Source of the DNA: an uncultured Candidatus Hydrogenedens sp.
GTDB taxonomy: Bacteria > Myxococcota > UBA4151
Length of the DNA: 58,287 nucleotides
Assembly (NCBI GenBank): GCA_902574205.1
Contig: CACGMS010000003.1
Span: forward strand, 1-58,287
Direction: 5' to 3'
Of this stretch, positions 44,847 to 54,715 are shown piece after piece; positions within the stretch are counted from its first letter, which is position 1, and each line of letters begins with the position of its first letter. The notes below the pieces were generated by a model. That model did not search any database. It saw nothing but the letters and a program-made list of their open reading frames with translations, and was not told where the DNA came from. The position numbers were made by a program, and so were the translations under genes.

Positions 44847-45733
44847 GCGGGCACGAGAGCGTCGTCGCCCTGAGCGAGTAGGTACTGACGCATTTTTCCT
44901 AAGCCACGGGCTTCGAGTTGTCGGGCACGCTCACGAGAAACGCCGAGTTCCTCGCCCAGCTCCGTTAGCGTTTTGGGGTCCTCACTCATCGCTCTGGCTT
45001 CGATGATCAGTCGTTCTCGAGGGTCCAACTGTTCGACGGCTTTGTCGATCGCTTGTCGACGTACGTGTTCAATCTGAGCATCAGCCACCATCTCTTCGGG
45101 CGTATCATCATGGTCGTTCGTCAACACCTCGATCATGGAGCTGGATTCGGAATCACTGCTCATCGGAGCGTCAAGACTGTAGTCTTTGCCCGCTAAACGC
45201 ATTTCCATTTCATCAACTTCTTCCAAAGAGACACCCAGCATCTTTGCCATGTTCTCACGGGTCGGTTCGGCGCCCTGCTTGAGCAGGGTGGCGCGGGCTT
45301 TACGTCGCCCAAAGAAGAGCTTTCGCTGCGCTTGTGTCGTTCCGAGTTTGACCATGGAGATCGAGCGCATCACGTAGGCTTGGATGTAGGCTCGGATCCA
45401 CCAGACTGCGTAGCTAATCAAACGGTAGCCGCGCTGGTGGTCAAACTTTTGGACAGCGATCATCAGCCCGAGATTACCTTCTTGAACCAGATCGATGAGC
45501 TTGAGGCCGTAACCACGATACTCGTTGGCGATGCGCACGACGAAGCGTAAGTTTGAAACGACAAGGCGGTGAGCGATCGCAGGATCCTGGCTTTGCGCAA
45601 ACGTTGAGGTCAGATCGTCTTCTTCTTGACGGGTCAGCAAGGGAATGCGGTTCACTTCGGACATGTACTGCTCAAAGGTATCGCGTGGTGCTAACGCATG
45701 ATTCGCCACTGGCGCCCTCCGTTCGTCCTTCAT
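44843..45733 (-). CDS. rpoH: RNA polymerase sigma factor, RpoH/sigma32 family
   Basis: SNLRFVV.IA..Y.GYG....DLVQEGN.GLM.AV.KFD, RLISYAVWWIRA, RpoH box QRKLFF, region 4 TL.ELG..LGVSRERARQLE. Confidence 0.88.
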   Translation of the reverse strand: MKDERRAPVANHALAPRDTFEQYMSEVNRIPLLTRQEEDDLTSTFAQSQDPAIAHRLVVSNLRFVVRIANEYRGYGLKLIDLVQEGNLGLMIAVQKFDHQRGYRLISYAVWWIRAYIQAYVMRSISMVKLGTTQAQRKLFFGRRKARATLLKQGAEPTRENMAKMLGVSLEEVDEMEMRLAGKDYSLDAPMSSDSESSSMIEVLTNDHDDTPEEMVADAQIEHVRRQAIDKAVEQLDPRERLIIEARAMSEDPKTLTELGEELGVSRERARQLEARGLGKMRQYLLAQGDDALVPA

Positions 45734-45877
45734 GATAAGTCCTCATTTTAACTATGCAAGTGTTTGGTTGAATAGTTTAATTGTTATCGCAGAGTGAACA
45801 TAACATTGACAGCGCAGCTCCATTAGGGAAGGGAGCCGAACCTCTAATGCGCAAGCTTCCTGCCGGAAAGTAATGAC

Positions 45878-46069
45878 ATGGGCGACAAGAAAATTATTCC
45901 CGAACTGATTGATAAGCGTTTGCAAGAGCGTTTGGTTGACCGTGGTGACCTGACAGCAGAGACATTGTCTCAGTATCTTGAGCAGTTGCCCGATCTCGCT
46001 GATGAGGTTGAGACCATCAGTCTTGGTGGCGAACCTGAGCCACCAGCTGAAAACGGGGAAACCGCTTGA
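45878..46069 (+). CDS. Small conserved hypothetical protein
   Basis: DKRL.ER...RG......Y...LPDL pattern recalled from deltaproteobacterial small proteins; its stop overlaps the next start. Confidence 0.65.
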   Translation: MGDKKIIPELIDKRLQERLVDRGDLTAETLSQYLEQLPDLADEVETISLGGEPEPPAENGETA

Positions 46070-46308
46070 GTTTACCCAAGCCTGAACTGGGTGATTTAGG
46101 CGAGTTTATTGCTGCTTTAGCGCTCGGTGCCATGGGCAAGCTCGAGGTTCCTGGGGAGCAGGTGCCTGTCGATGATGAGCGTGCCCGGTGGTTTATTGAT
46201 CTCCTTGATATTTTGCTCGAGAGTTTGTCGGATGACGTACCTTCTGACCAACGAGCTCGTATTGAGCAACTCTTGACGCAGTTGCGTCTGGCCGCTGTTC
46301 AGGAATGA
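46066..46308 (+). CDS. DUF1844-like protein
   Basis: F...LA..A...LG...P........AR..ID.L..L, L..LL.QLRL..V. Confidence 0.7.
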   Translation: MSLPKPELGDLGEFIAALALGAMGKLEVPGEQVPVDDERARWFIDLLDILLESLSDDVPSDQRARIEQLLTQLRLAAVQE

Positions 46309-46943
46309 GTCGAGCGCTCATGGTTCTGGCCATTGCTGGCCTCGGGGCTTGCGATGGTAGTCTTGCTGCCCTCTGGGAACCGCCGCCGGGATGGCAAGCG
46401 AAGACGGTTCCGAGCGTCAAGGTCATCTCAGGCCGAATCAGCGCTCTTATCAATGAGACCGTTCCGCGCCAGGTTGCGCCAACGCTCGATGAGCGTATCA
46501 ATGTGATCGACCACGTGGGTCTGGGTAACAACGTGTGGATCGTTCGTACACGCATCCCCTTGTTGCGCTCCACACGTGAGCTTCGTCTTGCCGATGGACG
46601 CATCGTCGATGATCAACAGTTGAGCCGTTTACTTGACGCCGTACCCAGGCAAATACTGGGTCTGAAGCTCGACGATTCGCTCAGTGTGATCACTGATCAA
46701 AAAGGTTTAGGTCGAAAGGGACGCGTGGTGACTTGCGATGGTGACCCTGTGGATTCCGCGTTGGCATTGAGAGCGTGTTTGGCTCTTGCTTTCGATCGCA
46801 GTCAGCCGATTCTGACTTTTGATGCGCCTACAACCATGAAAAACGAGACACGTTTACTTGATGCAGGACCAACCCTTGTCGATCAGTCGATTACCACCGA
46901 TGGTGGTGTATCGAAGATCGTCGATGGGGGAGCGTTGCGTTGA
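46305..46943 (+). CDS. Hypothetical lipoprotein, possibly with a degenerate PDZ-like C-terminus
   Basis: MSRALMVLAIAGLGA-C lipobox; coupled on both sides. Confidence 0.65.
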   Translation: MSRALMVLAIAGLGACDGSLAALWEPPPGWQAKTVPSVKVISGRISALINETVPRQVAPTLDERINVIDHVGLGNNVWIVRTRIPLLRSTRELRLADGRIVDDQQLSRLLDAVPRQILGLKLDDSLSVITDQKGLGRKGRVVTCDGDPVDSALALRACLALAFDRSQPILTFDAPTTMKNETRLLDAGPTLVDQSITTDGGVSKIVDGGALR

Positions 46944-47977
46944 AAACAGCGGTTGTTCTAAACGGCAACGCAAAACGAGTTGGCCCGCGTCTCATCGCTA
47001 ACTTTCGCCAGCTCGTTCCCGAGCGCGATTTATACATCTCGACGTCCATTGATGAAGCCAGAGCGATTATCGTCCGTCTCGTTGACGATGGTTACGATCG
47101 TATCATGTGCGGTGGTGGTGATGGGACTTTTGTTCAGATCGTCAACGATGTGGTTGATCGTATCCGCGCGGAAAACTTGGCGCACCCGAACAACACACCT
47201 CGTCCTTACCCACAAATCGGTTTGCTGCGGTTGGGTACAGGCAATGCCGTGGCAGGTATGACGGGAGCGAGTCGGCCGACACGCGATCTGATGCGGTTGC
47301 GCGATGGTCGCTTAGGACCGCCCATTCCGGTGGATATGATCGTCGCAGAGGGCAAACGGTTCCCCTTTGCTGGTTTTGGCTACGACGGTGAGTTGCTCAA
47401 CGATTATCTCTGGCTAAAGGAACGAGTCGAAAATCCAATTCTCAAGAAATTGTTTCACTCAGCAGCCGGTTACTTTCTTGCTCTCGGGCTCAAAACGGTA
47501 CCCAGGCACATGCGTGGGCGAGGCATTTCAACGACGATGCGCATTACTGCGCTTGAGCCCGCGTGGTACATGGATCCGCTCAATCATGACGAGCCGGTTG
47601 AACATCCAGCAGGAGCGATCCTGTTTGAGGGCGCGGCTACTGTTGCCTCGGTGGGTTCAGTTCCTTTCTATGGCTATGGGATCAGGATTTTCCCCTTTGC
47701 TGGCCAGAAGCCTGGAACGTTTCAACTGCGAGTGGCGAGTGTGAGTGTGTTTCATGCGCTCGCTAATTTGGGTGCTTTATGGCGAGGTAGTTATCGTAAC
47801 CCGCAAGGCTGCTTTGATTTCTTATGCAGCCGTATTCGGATCGAGAGTGATGCACCGCTTCCTTATCAAGTTGGCGGTGATGGCGCAGGTTGGCGCACCG
47901 ACCTCGAGTTTTCTGTAGATGAATTGCCGGTCCCTCTCGTGAATATGCGACCTGCGCTGACGTCGGGCAATGGCTGA
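46940..47977 (+). CDS. Diacylglycerol kinase family lipid kinase
   Basis: VVLNG.A, GGGDGT, LGTGNA, YQVGGD. Confidence 0.88.
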   Translation: MKTAVVLNGNAKRVGPRLIANFRQLVPERDLYISTSIDEARAIIVRLVDDGYDRIMCGGGDGTFVQIVNDVVDRIRAENLAHPNNTPRPYPQIGLLRLGTGNAVAGMTGASRPTRDLMRLRDGRLGPPIPVDMIVAEGKRFPFAGFGYDGELLNDYLWLKERVENPILKKLFHSAAGYFLALGLKTVPRHMRGRGISTTMRITALEPAWYMDPLNHDEPVEHPAGAILFEGAATVASVGSVPFYGYGIRIFPFAGQKPGTFQLRVASVSVFHALANLGALWRGSYRNPQGCFDFLCSRIRIESDAPLPYQVGGDGAGWRTDLEFSVDELPVPLVNMRPALTSGNG

Positions 47978-48935
47978 CCAGCAGCAGCCGACCAAGCAGT
48001 TTCAGGGCGCTGTTGCCGTCCGCTTCGTCGTGGGTCGTCATGAAGCCCGTATGCGCTTAGACCGCTATCTATGCAGCAAGATCAAACGATTGAGCCGTAA
48101 CCGTGTTCAGCGAACGATCGGGCGTGGTGATGTTGAGGTCAACGGATCAGTCGCTGTCGCTTCTCACCGTTTGTATGCGGGAGACCATGTCGCCCTCTGG
48201 CGTGTTCCTCCTCCTGAGCCGCTCGCTGACGGCTGGCCAATTGAGATTTGTCGCGGGTGGGATTGGGTCGCGCTGAACAAACCTGGCAATCTAACGGTTC
48301 ATCCGACGGCGCGTTACTTTCACCAGACCGTCACCGCGTGGATGGAGCGTCAAGAGAATGGTTTCGATGACGCTCGGCTCGTCCATCGTCTGGATCGCGA
48401 AACAAGCGGTGTCCTTTTAGTTGCCCTTGGATTGGCCGCTGACCGTCGATTGGGCATCGCTTTTGAGCGTAAGCAGGTACGAAAAGAATATTTGGCCATC
48501 GTTGAAGGATTAGCGCCGAGTAAGCTCGAGTGCGATGGTCCGATAGGTTATGATCCGACCAGTTCCATCATCCGAGTTAAGCAAGCGGTCACTCGTGATG
48601 GTGCCTCGGCGCGTACTCGAGTGGAGCTTGAGCGACACCTGCGCAGTGGTCGTAGTTTGGTGCGTTGCTTCCCCGAAACAGGTCGAATGCATCAGCTTCG
48701 CGTGCATCTTAGTCACCTCGGGCATCCGATTGTTGGTGATAAGATCTACGGACTGGCTCCTGACGAAGCGTACGATGAATTTTGTGAAACGGGCGGATCT
48801 GACGAGTTGAGCGCGATCTTTGGTGCGGACCGACAACTGCTGCACGCAGCAGCCCTTGAGTTCCCTGAAGCACCGGACGGCCATCGTCGTGTGGAGGCCG
48901 CGTTGCCTCAGGATTTTCTGTCCTATTTGGGATGA
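47970..48935 (+). CDS. RluA/RluD family pseudouridine synthase with S4 domain
   Basis: RLDRYL, LNKPG.L.VHP, HRLDRETSG (catalytic Asp), TGR.HQLRVHL..LGHPIVGD..YG, QLLHA..L. Confidence 0.93.
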   Translation: MADQQQPTKQFQGAVAVRFVVGRHEARMRLDRYLCSKIKRLSRNRVQRTIGRGDVEVNGSVAVASHRLYAGDHVALWRVPPPEPLADGWPIEICRGWDWVALNKPGNLTVHPTARYFHQTVTAWMERQENGFDDARLVHRLDRETSGVLLVALGLAADRRLGIAFERKQVRKEYLAIVEGLAPSKLECDGPIGYDPTSSIIRVKQAVTRDGASARTRVELERHLRSGRSLVRCFPETGRMHQLRVHLSHLGHPIVGDKIYGLAPDEAYDEFCETGGSDELSAIFGADRQLLHAAALEFPEAPDGHRRVEAALPQDFLSYLG

Positions 48936-48945
48936 AGTTTTGGTG

Positions 48946-48951
48946 TATAAT
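48946..48951 (+). promoter_or_regulatory. Possible sigma70 -10 element of the moxR-bat operon
   Basis: Perfect TATAAT in the intergenic gap, ~70 nt before GTG49020 (AGGAG RBS); no good -35. Confidence 0.35.
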
Positions 48952-49019
48952 GTTGGTGTCGCTTGACGGGCGTCGGCGCACGCGCTTTGTCAGCAAACCC
49001 GAGAACAGGAGAGTAGTAC

Positions 49020-50009
49020 GTGAATGCTGCTTTAGGAGAACTCACTGAGGTTGTGAGCAGGCAAGGCGCCGTGCTTGTAGCTATCCGTGAGCAAGTTGCT
49101 AAATCGATCGTTGGACAAACGGTTTTAGTCGATCGCTTGCTTGCCGCCTTGTTAGCCAGAGGGCATCTACTCGTCGAAGGGGTACCTGGTTTAGCAAAAA
49201 CACGAACAATCAATGCGCTTGCGCAGGCGGTTGCACTCGATTTTAAGCGTATTCAGTTCACGCCTGACTTGCTGCCGTCTGACTTAACAGGGACGACCAT
49301 CTACCGACCACAAGATGGCCAGTTTGAGACGCGAAAGGGTCCCGTCTTTGCCAATCTGGTCCTTGCTGATGAAGTGAACAGGGCACCGGCGAAGGTACAG
49401 TCTGCTTTACTTGAGGCGATGGCTGAACGCCAGGTCACCCTTGGGAATGGGACGCATGAGCTTCAGCGACCTTTTGCTGTGATGGCGACTCAGAATCCGA
49501 TCGAACAAGAAGGCACATACCAACTGCCCGAAGCACAACTCGATCGCTTCTTACTCCATGTGTATGTTGACTATCCCTCAATCGAGGAAGAACGACGGAT
49601 TGTTGATGCTGTGATCACGCCGACAAGCTCTGCTGTAGAGCCCGTGGCATCTGCTCAAGAGCTTGAGAAGTTGAGTGATTTGTTGCCGCAGATTTATGTG
49701 GACGATCGGGTGCGTGATTACATGGTTGATTTGGTCTTCGCTACCCGTGACCCCAAAGCGTTTAAAGTTCGAGATTTGGATGGTCTGCTCGAGTATGGCG
49801 CCTCGCCTCGTGCGAGCATTGGGCTTGGACTGGCTTCACGTGCCCAGGCGATTTTAGCTCGCCGGGCGTATGTCACCCCTGATGATGTGAAGACGATGGC
49901 TAGCGATGTCCTGCGTCACCGAATGGTCTTAAGTTATGAGGCGCGCGCTGAGGGGGTCTCGGCGGATGAAATCGTCAACCGAATCCTCGCAGCGGTACCT
50001 GTGCCTTGA
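49020..50009 (+). CDS. moxR: MoxR family AAA+ ATPase
   Basis: [67 protein letters not shown]. Confidence 0.96.
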   Translation: MNAALGELTEVVSRQGAVLVAIREQVAKSIVGQTVLVDRLLAALLARGHLLVEGVPGLAKTRTINALAQAVALDFKRIQFTPDLLPSDLTGTTIYRPQDGQFETRKGPVFANLVLADEVNRAPAKVQSALLEAMAERQVTLGNGTHELQRPFAVMATQNPIEQEGTYQLPEAQLDRFLLHVYVDYPSIEEERRIVDAVITPTSSAVEPVASAQELEKLSDLLPQIYVDDRVRDYMVDLVFATRDPKAFKVRDLDGLLEYGASPRASIGLGLASRAQAILARRAYVTPDDVKTMASDVLRHRMVLSYEARAEGVSADEIVNRILAAVPVP

Positions 50010-50905
50010 CCAAAGTAGGTGGCACAACCGAAGAGCGAACGCGCGACCTGCTCGCACGCGTCCGACGCGCCGTGGCGCTCGCATCGCGTATGAGCAGCGC
50101 GGAAGCAGCGGGCGCTTATCGCTCGACCTTTAAAGGTCAGGGCCTCGATTTTGCTGAACTTGACGAATACAGCCCCGGCGATGACGTGCGCCATATCGAT
50201 TGGAATGCGACTGGGCGCATGGGTAAGCCGTTTGTTCGACGTTATCATGAAGAGCGCGAAGGTACGGTGATGTTGGTCGTTAACCGGGGCCGGCAGATGC
50301 ACTTTGGCTCGAGGCCAATGCGCAAGGTCGACACTGCGGCTGAGGCGGCAGCGCTCCTCGCTGTTTTAGCGGTGCGTAACCGTGATCGAGTGGGTTTGGT
50401 CACTTATGGTGAGGAGCATCCGATGGGGCTGGCGCCCGCCAAAGGCATGGACCCTGCGATGCGCATTATCCGAGAAGTGCTCGTTCCGCCTGAGGTGACG
50501 GACGTGGTCGAACCTTTAGGTCGAGCCATCGAGCGCTGTGGTCGGCTTTTGAGACGCAACGCGATGGTCATCTTGATCGGCGATTTATTAGCGGCGCACG
50601 AGCTAGCCGATTTACCCCTGCTCGCCGCTCGACATGAGGTCCTTTGTCTCGCTGTTCGCGACCCGCTTGAGCGAGAATTACCCAATGCGGGCTTGATCCG
50701 TCTCGAGGGCGTAGGGCTCGTCGATACCAGCGATGCTGGTTTGCGAGAACGTTACCACCAACAGCGACAACATGCGGAAGCTGAGGTCCGTAAGGCGGTT
50801 GCTCGCTGCGGTGCTGGGTTGGTTGAGCTTGTGGCGGGTGATGATCCCTTACCCGCTGTAATGTCCTGGTTGAGACAACGCGCAGCGGGTCGGCGAGTCG
50901 CTTGA
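50006..50905 (+). CDS. DUF58 (VWA-like) MoxR partner
   Basis: G.G.DFAE..EY.PGDDVR.IDW.ATGR...P.VR.Y.EERE. Confidence 0.92.
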   Translation: MTKVGGTTEERTRDLLARVRRAVALASRMSSAEAAGAYRSTFKGQGLDFAELDEYSPGDDVRHIDWNATGRMGKPFVRRYHEEREGTVMLVVNRGRQMHFGSRPMRKVDTAAEAAALLAVLAVRNRDRVGLVTYGEEHPMGLAPAKGMDPAMRIIREVLVPPEVTDVVEPLGRAIERCGRLLRRNAMVILIGDLLAAHELADLPLLAARHEVLCLAVRDPLERELPNAGLIRLEGVGLVDTSDAGLRERYHQQRQHAEAEVRKAVARCGAGLVELVAGDDPLPAVMSWLRQRAAGRRVA

Positions 50906-51861
50906 TGAAGTGGTTGTTGCTTCTCGCTCTTGATGCCGGTCCGATCGTTGACGTCTCGGGCGGCCGAACAGCTGTAGCCGATGTGCACACGGCTGATGCA
51001 GGTTCGGTTCCTGATTATGGATTGCAGGTAGCTGTGGAAGCGGATGGCGCTCGGCCCGGGGATCAGGTTTGGTTAGTGTTGTCGCTGCGCTACGATAAAA
51101 GCTTAGCCGTTGAGCTTCCTGAGACCTTGCCGGACGGTAAGGGACTTGCGCCGCTTGGTGCTCCGGAACGCACACCTGAAAATGAAGGTGAATCGCTTCG
51201 AGAAACGTTACGGTTCCCCTTTGTTTTGTTGGCAGTGACGGGGGTGCATACGCCGGCTTTTACTTTGCGTATCGGTGAGGATGAGATCGCTGTACCCGCC
51301 TTACCTCTTGCGGTTGCCGATGCAGGACCTTCCGCAGAGCCTCCAGATCCCGATTTGGAGGGCATGGTGGTTTATCGACCTGGTCCGGCGCCTTGGATCC
51401 TTCCGACGATCGGTTTATTGATCGGCTTAACTCTTCTGATCTTGGCGATGCGCCAGCTCTTGGCTCGACGCGCCGACGTTGTTGAAGAGGAAGAAGTGGT
51501 TGTTGATGCGGGAGCAGACTTCATGGCGTTGGTTGCCCGATTGCGTGCTCGGCTCAGCGATGACCCTGAAACGCTTCGGAGTTGCTGGTTTGAGGTGCTC
51601 AGCGGCCTGCGTATTTATTTGGACCGCCGGTTTGGTTTGCAGTCGGAGAAATCAACGACCGAAGAGTTGCTTAGCGCCTTAGCTGCGACCCGTATTGTTG
51701 GAATTCCACGAGTCGGGCTTGCGGAGTTGCTCAATCAAGCGGATGCGGTGCGCTACGCCGCCGCAGAGTCCAGCCGTGAGGCGATGGCCGATTTGCTCGA
51801 TCAAGTCGAAGTTTGGGTAGACACGGCGGAACAGGCTCAGCGGCAAAGGGATCGATCATGA
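50902..51861 (+). CDS. Bat-operon membrane protein (Ig-like domain, TM, DUF4381-like helical tail)
   Basis: Short signal, beta-rich domain, TM, then LR.YL..RFG......TT.E.L...L and AD.V.YA. Confidence 0.7.
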   Translation: MMKWLLLLALDAGPIVDVSGGRTAVADVHTADAGSVPDYGLQVAVEADGARPGDQVWLVLSLRYDKSLAVELPETLPDGKGLAPLGAPERTPENEGESLRETLRFPFVLLAVTGVHTPAFTLRIGEDEIAVPALPLAVADAGPSAEPPDPDLEGMVVYRPGPAPWILPTIGLLIGLTLLILAMRQLLARRADVVEEEEVVVDAGADFMALVARLRARLSDDPETLRSCWFEVLSGLRIYLDRRFGLQSEKSTTEELLSALAATRIVGIPRVGLAELLNQADAVRYAAAESSREAMADLLDQVEVWVDTAEQAQRQRDRS

Positions 51862-52916
51862 CCGTTGAGTTGACGCCTTTGTTCGGGGTCCTTTGGGAGC
51901 GTCCCTTGGTGTTAGTTCTCGGAGTTTTTCCGTTGTTGCATCTCTGGCGAAGTGGGCGACAGCGTCGTCTCGCCTTAGCGACCTCGCCGGTCTTTCGAGA
52001 GTTGGGTCGCGGCTTAGGTTGGGCAAGAGTTGTTCATGGATTCACTCGCTTCATTTTGGTCGCAAGCTTTGTTTTGGCATCGGTTGCATTGGCTGGGCCT
52101 CGAGCACATCAGCAAGGGCAGCAGCAACGCAGTGGTATCGATCTGGTTGTGGCTTTGGATTTGTCGACTTCGATGAACGCACTCGATCTCGCTGGCGATG
52201 ATGTGCTTCATCGAGCCATGACCCTCAAGGAGGCACGAATGCGGACGCGCATCGCCGCTGCGCGTCGGGTCGTCGATGAATTTGTCGAGAGTCGACCGCG
52301 CGATCGGATCGGTCTGGTCGTCTTTGCTGGCGATGCCTTCCCTCAGGTGCCACCGACATTCGATCATCAGTATTTACGAGAAGTTCTACGTTACTTGCGA
52401 CCAGGCCTGCTGCCCGACGGCACGGCGATTGGAAATGCGCTGCTTGCGGGGGTCGCGCGGCTTGAAGAAAGCGAGGCGCACACCAAGGTGATGGTCCTCG
52501 TGACAGACGGCGACAACACCGCAGGTAACGTCGAACCCAAAGACGCAGCGCAAACGGCCGCTGAAAAGGGTGTTCGCGTGGATACCGTTTTGATCGGCGA
52601 AGGCCAGGGCGTTGTTCCTGTCCTGTCGGACCAAGAAGGTGAAATGGCTCGCATTGGCCAAGCTGCCCTTCCGGCGAACCCTGAATTACTCAAAGCCATC
52701 GCTGCGGTCACCGGTGGAGAAAGTTATCAAGCCAGCGCAGAAGATGAGCTTCGTAAACGTTTCCATGACATCTTGAACGGCTTACAAAGAAGTGAGCTTG
52801 AAGACCAAGCGGCTTGGGCGCGGAGTCGAGATTTGGCGCCTGGCGTGTTGCCATGGATCGGCCTAACCTTAGTGGTGGGCATGTTGCTTCGTGCCGCCGT
52901 TCCGGTGAGGGTCTGA
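51858..52916 (+). CDS. batA: BatA-like VWA protein
   Basis: N-terminal WERP..L, MIDAS DLSTSM, DRIGLVVFAG.AF...P.T.D, GTAIG.AL, LVTDG.N..G. Confidence 0.85.
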   Translation: MTVELTPLFGVLWERPLVLVLGVFPLLHLWRSGRQRRLALATSPVFRELGRGLGWARVVHGFTRFILVASFVLASVALAGPRAHQQGQQQRSGIDLVVALDLSTSMNALDLAGDDVLHRAMTLKEARMRTRIAAARRVVDEFVESRPRDRIGLVVFAGDAFPQVPPTFDHQYLREVLRYLRPGLLPDGTAIGNALLAGVARLEESEAHTKVMVLVTDGDNTAGNVEPKDAAQTAAEKGVRVDTVLIGEGQGVVPVLSDQEGEMARIGQAALPANPELLKAIAAVTGGESYQASAEDELRKRFHDILNGLQRSELEDQAAWARSRDLAPGVLPWIGLTLVVGMLLRAAVPVRV

Positions 52917-52918
52917 GC

Positions 52919-54715
52919 ATGCGTTTTGCCGAACCTTACTGGCTGCTTCTGTTGGTTTTTCTACCCTTTCTATGGCGATGGGGTTTTGGTTTGGTCGCAG
53001 GAACTCCCGATGCCATTGAGGCTTTAGGAGATGCGACTAGCTTACGAAGTAACCAAGGGGCGTCTGGGCATAATCGGCTCGTCCGCACGTTGGCGGCTTG
53101 TGCCTTTGTTTTAGTGGTCGGAGGACTTGCCCAGCTAGAAGGTGCCCCTGAAGCTACGGTGGTTCCAGGCCGTGGGCTTGATGTCTTGGTTGCTGTGGAT
53201 ACCAGCCGTTCAATGGCTGCTCGCGACTTAAGTCCTGATCGATTGGTGGCAGCACGTATTTTGGTGGAATCGTTGAGTCAGCGCTTACAGGGCGATCGAA
53301 TGGGCTTGATCGCTTTCTCTGGTGTTGCGCACCTCCAGTGTCCCTTCACTGCGGACCTGTCGATCTTTCGTCGCTATTTGCAGCAGCTTGAGCCAGGTAA
53401 GTTGCCGGTCGGTGGTACCAATCTATCTCAGGCGGTAGATCTCGCCTTAGATATCTTCGAGCGCGCCGGCGAAGGGGATCGAGTTTTGGTGCTTTTGACC
53501 GATGGCGAAGATCACAGCGGTGAAGAAATGGAGGCGCTAGGTAAGCGTCTCAAAGCCGCTGGCGTCAAAACGCATTTGGTAGCTGTCGGTTCAGACCTTG
53601 GCGAGCCTGTGCCAGATACCGAGGGTGGCTATTTGCGTGATCGCCAAGGTCGGCCGGTGGTGAGTCGTACCGATCGCAAGGGTTTGGATGCCCTGGGTTC
53701 AGCAGCGGGTGGTTTGGTCTTAGGATTGCAGCCAGGATCTCCTGCTGCCGATCGTTTGGAGCGAGCTATCCTTGAACTTGATCGTCGAGCGAATCGTCCC
53801 GCTCGTCATGAGCGACGGCCGCGATGGTACCTTGGTCTCTTGGCGGGTGCTTGGTTGCTGGGTGCTTTGGCTCGGCGTTTGCCGACCCAGGTAGTGGTGT
53901 TGGCTTTGCTTCCCTTGCTCTCCGGTATGACCGGGATGCGTCATGAGGACCCGGACGCCAGACGCGGTTTGGCATTGCTCAAAGAAGGTAAAGCTGAAGA
54001 GGCGTTCGCCGCTTTTGATGCGGCCGCTAAGCGAGGCGCGAGTCCGGCGCTCTCCTACAACAAGGGCCTCGCCTTGATGGGTAAAGGGGAGTCCCAGAAA
54101 GCAGCCGCTGAATTCGCTCGCGCTGCTGCGCGACTGGACGGCGAACGTCGCGCCGATGCAGAGGCTGCTCGTGGGATGGCGCTCGCTCGCGGCGGTAAAA
54201 AAGACGAGGCGCTGAAAGCCTTGAGTCGAGCGCTGCGCATCAAACCCAATCATCCGGTCGCTACGCCATGGCTGCGCCATTTGCTCGCACCGAAACCTGA
54301 GCAGCCCAAACAGGATGAGGATCAAAAGAAGGATGACCAGGGCGATGGCTCGCAGGATCCTCAGTCAGGTGATGGCGGTCCTCAACCCGACACGGGGCCG
54401 TCCGATAACGATGGAGGGTCTTCTCAAGACAATGACTCGTCTTCGGCGGGCGATCAGGGGCGACCTGAAGCAGGACCACAGCCCCAGCCCGATCCATCAC
54501 AGAGCGACTCTGCAGGCGATACTGGCGCTCAACCACAAGGACTCGACGCAGGTCCATCGCCCCAGCAACCAGCTGGTGCCGAAGCGAACCCTGACGCCGG
54601 CCCTGAGTCCGACCAAGAAAACCTTTTGCGGAACTATCGGGCACGAGAACGGCTTTTGCCGCTGGATCTCTGGAAGGGCACTCGTCAGCGGCGCCCGGTG
54701 GAGAAAGACTGGTGA
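52919..54715 (+). CDS. batB: BatB/BatC-like VWA-TPR fusion with acidic Q/G/P/D linker
   Basis: MRFAEP.W, DTSRSM.A.D..P.RL, LLTDGED, TPRs (YNKG.AL), low-complexity tail ending VEKDW. Confidence 0.8.
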   Translation: MRFAEPYWLLLLVFLPFLWRWGFGLVAGTPDAIEALGDATSLRSNQGASGHNRLVRTLAACAFVLVVGGLAQLEGAPEATVVPGRGLDVLVAVDTSRSMAARDLSPDRLVAARILVESLSQRLQGDRMGLIAFSGVAHLQCPFTADLSIFRRYLQQLEPGKLPVGGTNLSQAVDLALDIFERAGEGDRVLVLLTDGEDHSGEEMEALGKRLKAAGVKTHLVAVGSDLGEPVPDTEGGYLRDRQGRPVVSRTDRKGLDALGSAAGGLVLGLQPGSPAADRLERAILELDRRANRPARHERRPRWYLGLLAGAWLLGALARRLPTQVVVLALLPLLSGMTGMRHEDPDARRGLALLKEGKAEEAFAAFDAAAKRGASPALSYNKGLALMGKGESQKAAAEFARAAARLDGERRADAEAARGMALARGGKKDEALKALSRALRIKPNHPVATPWLRHLLAPKPEQPKQDEDQKKDDQGDGSQDPQSGDGGPQPDTGPSDNDGGSSQDNDSSSAGDQGRPEAGPQPQPDPSQSDSAGDTGAQPQGLDAGPSPQQPAGAEANPDAGPESDQENLLRNYRARERLLPLDLWKGTRQRRPVEKDW

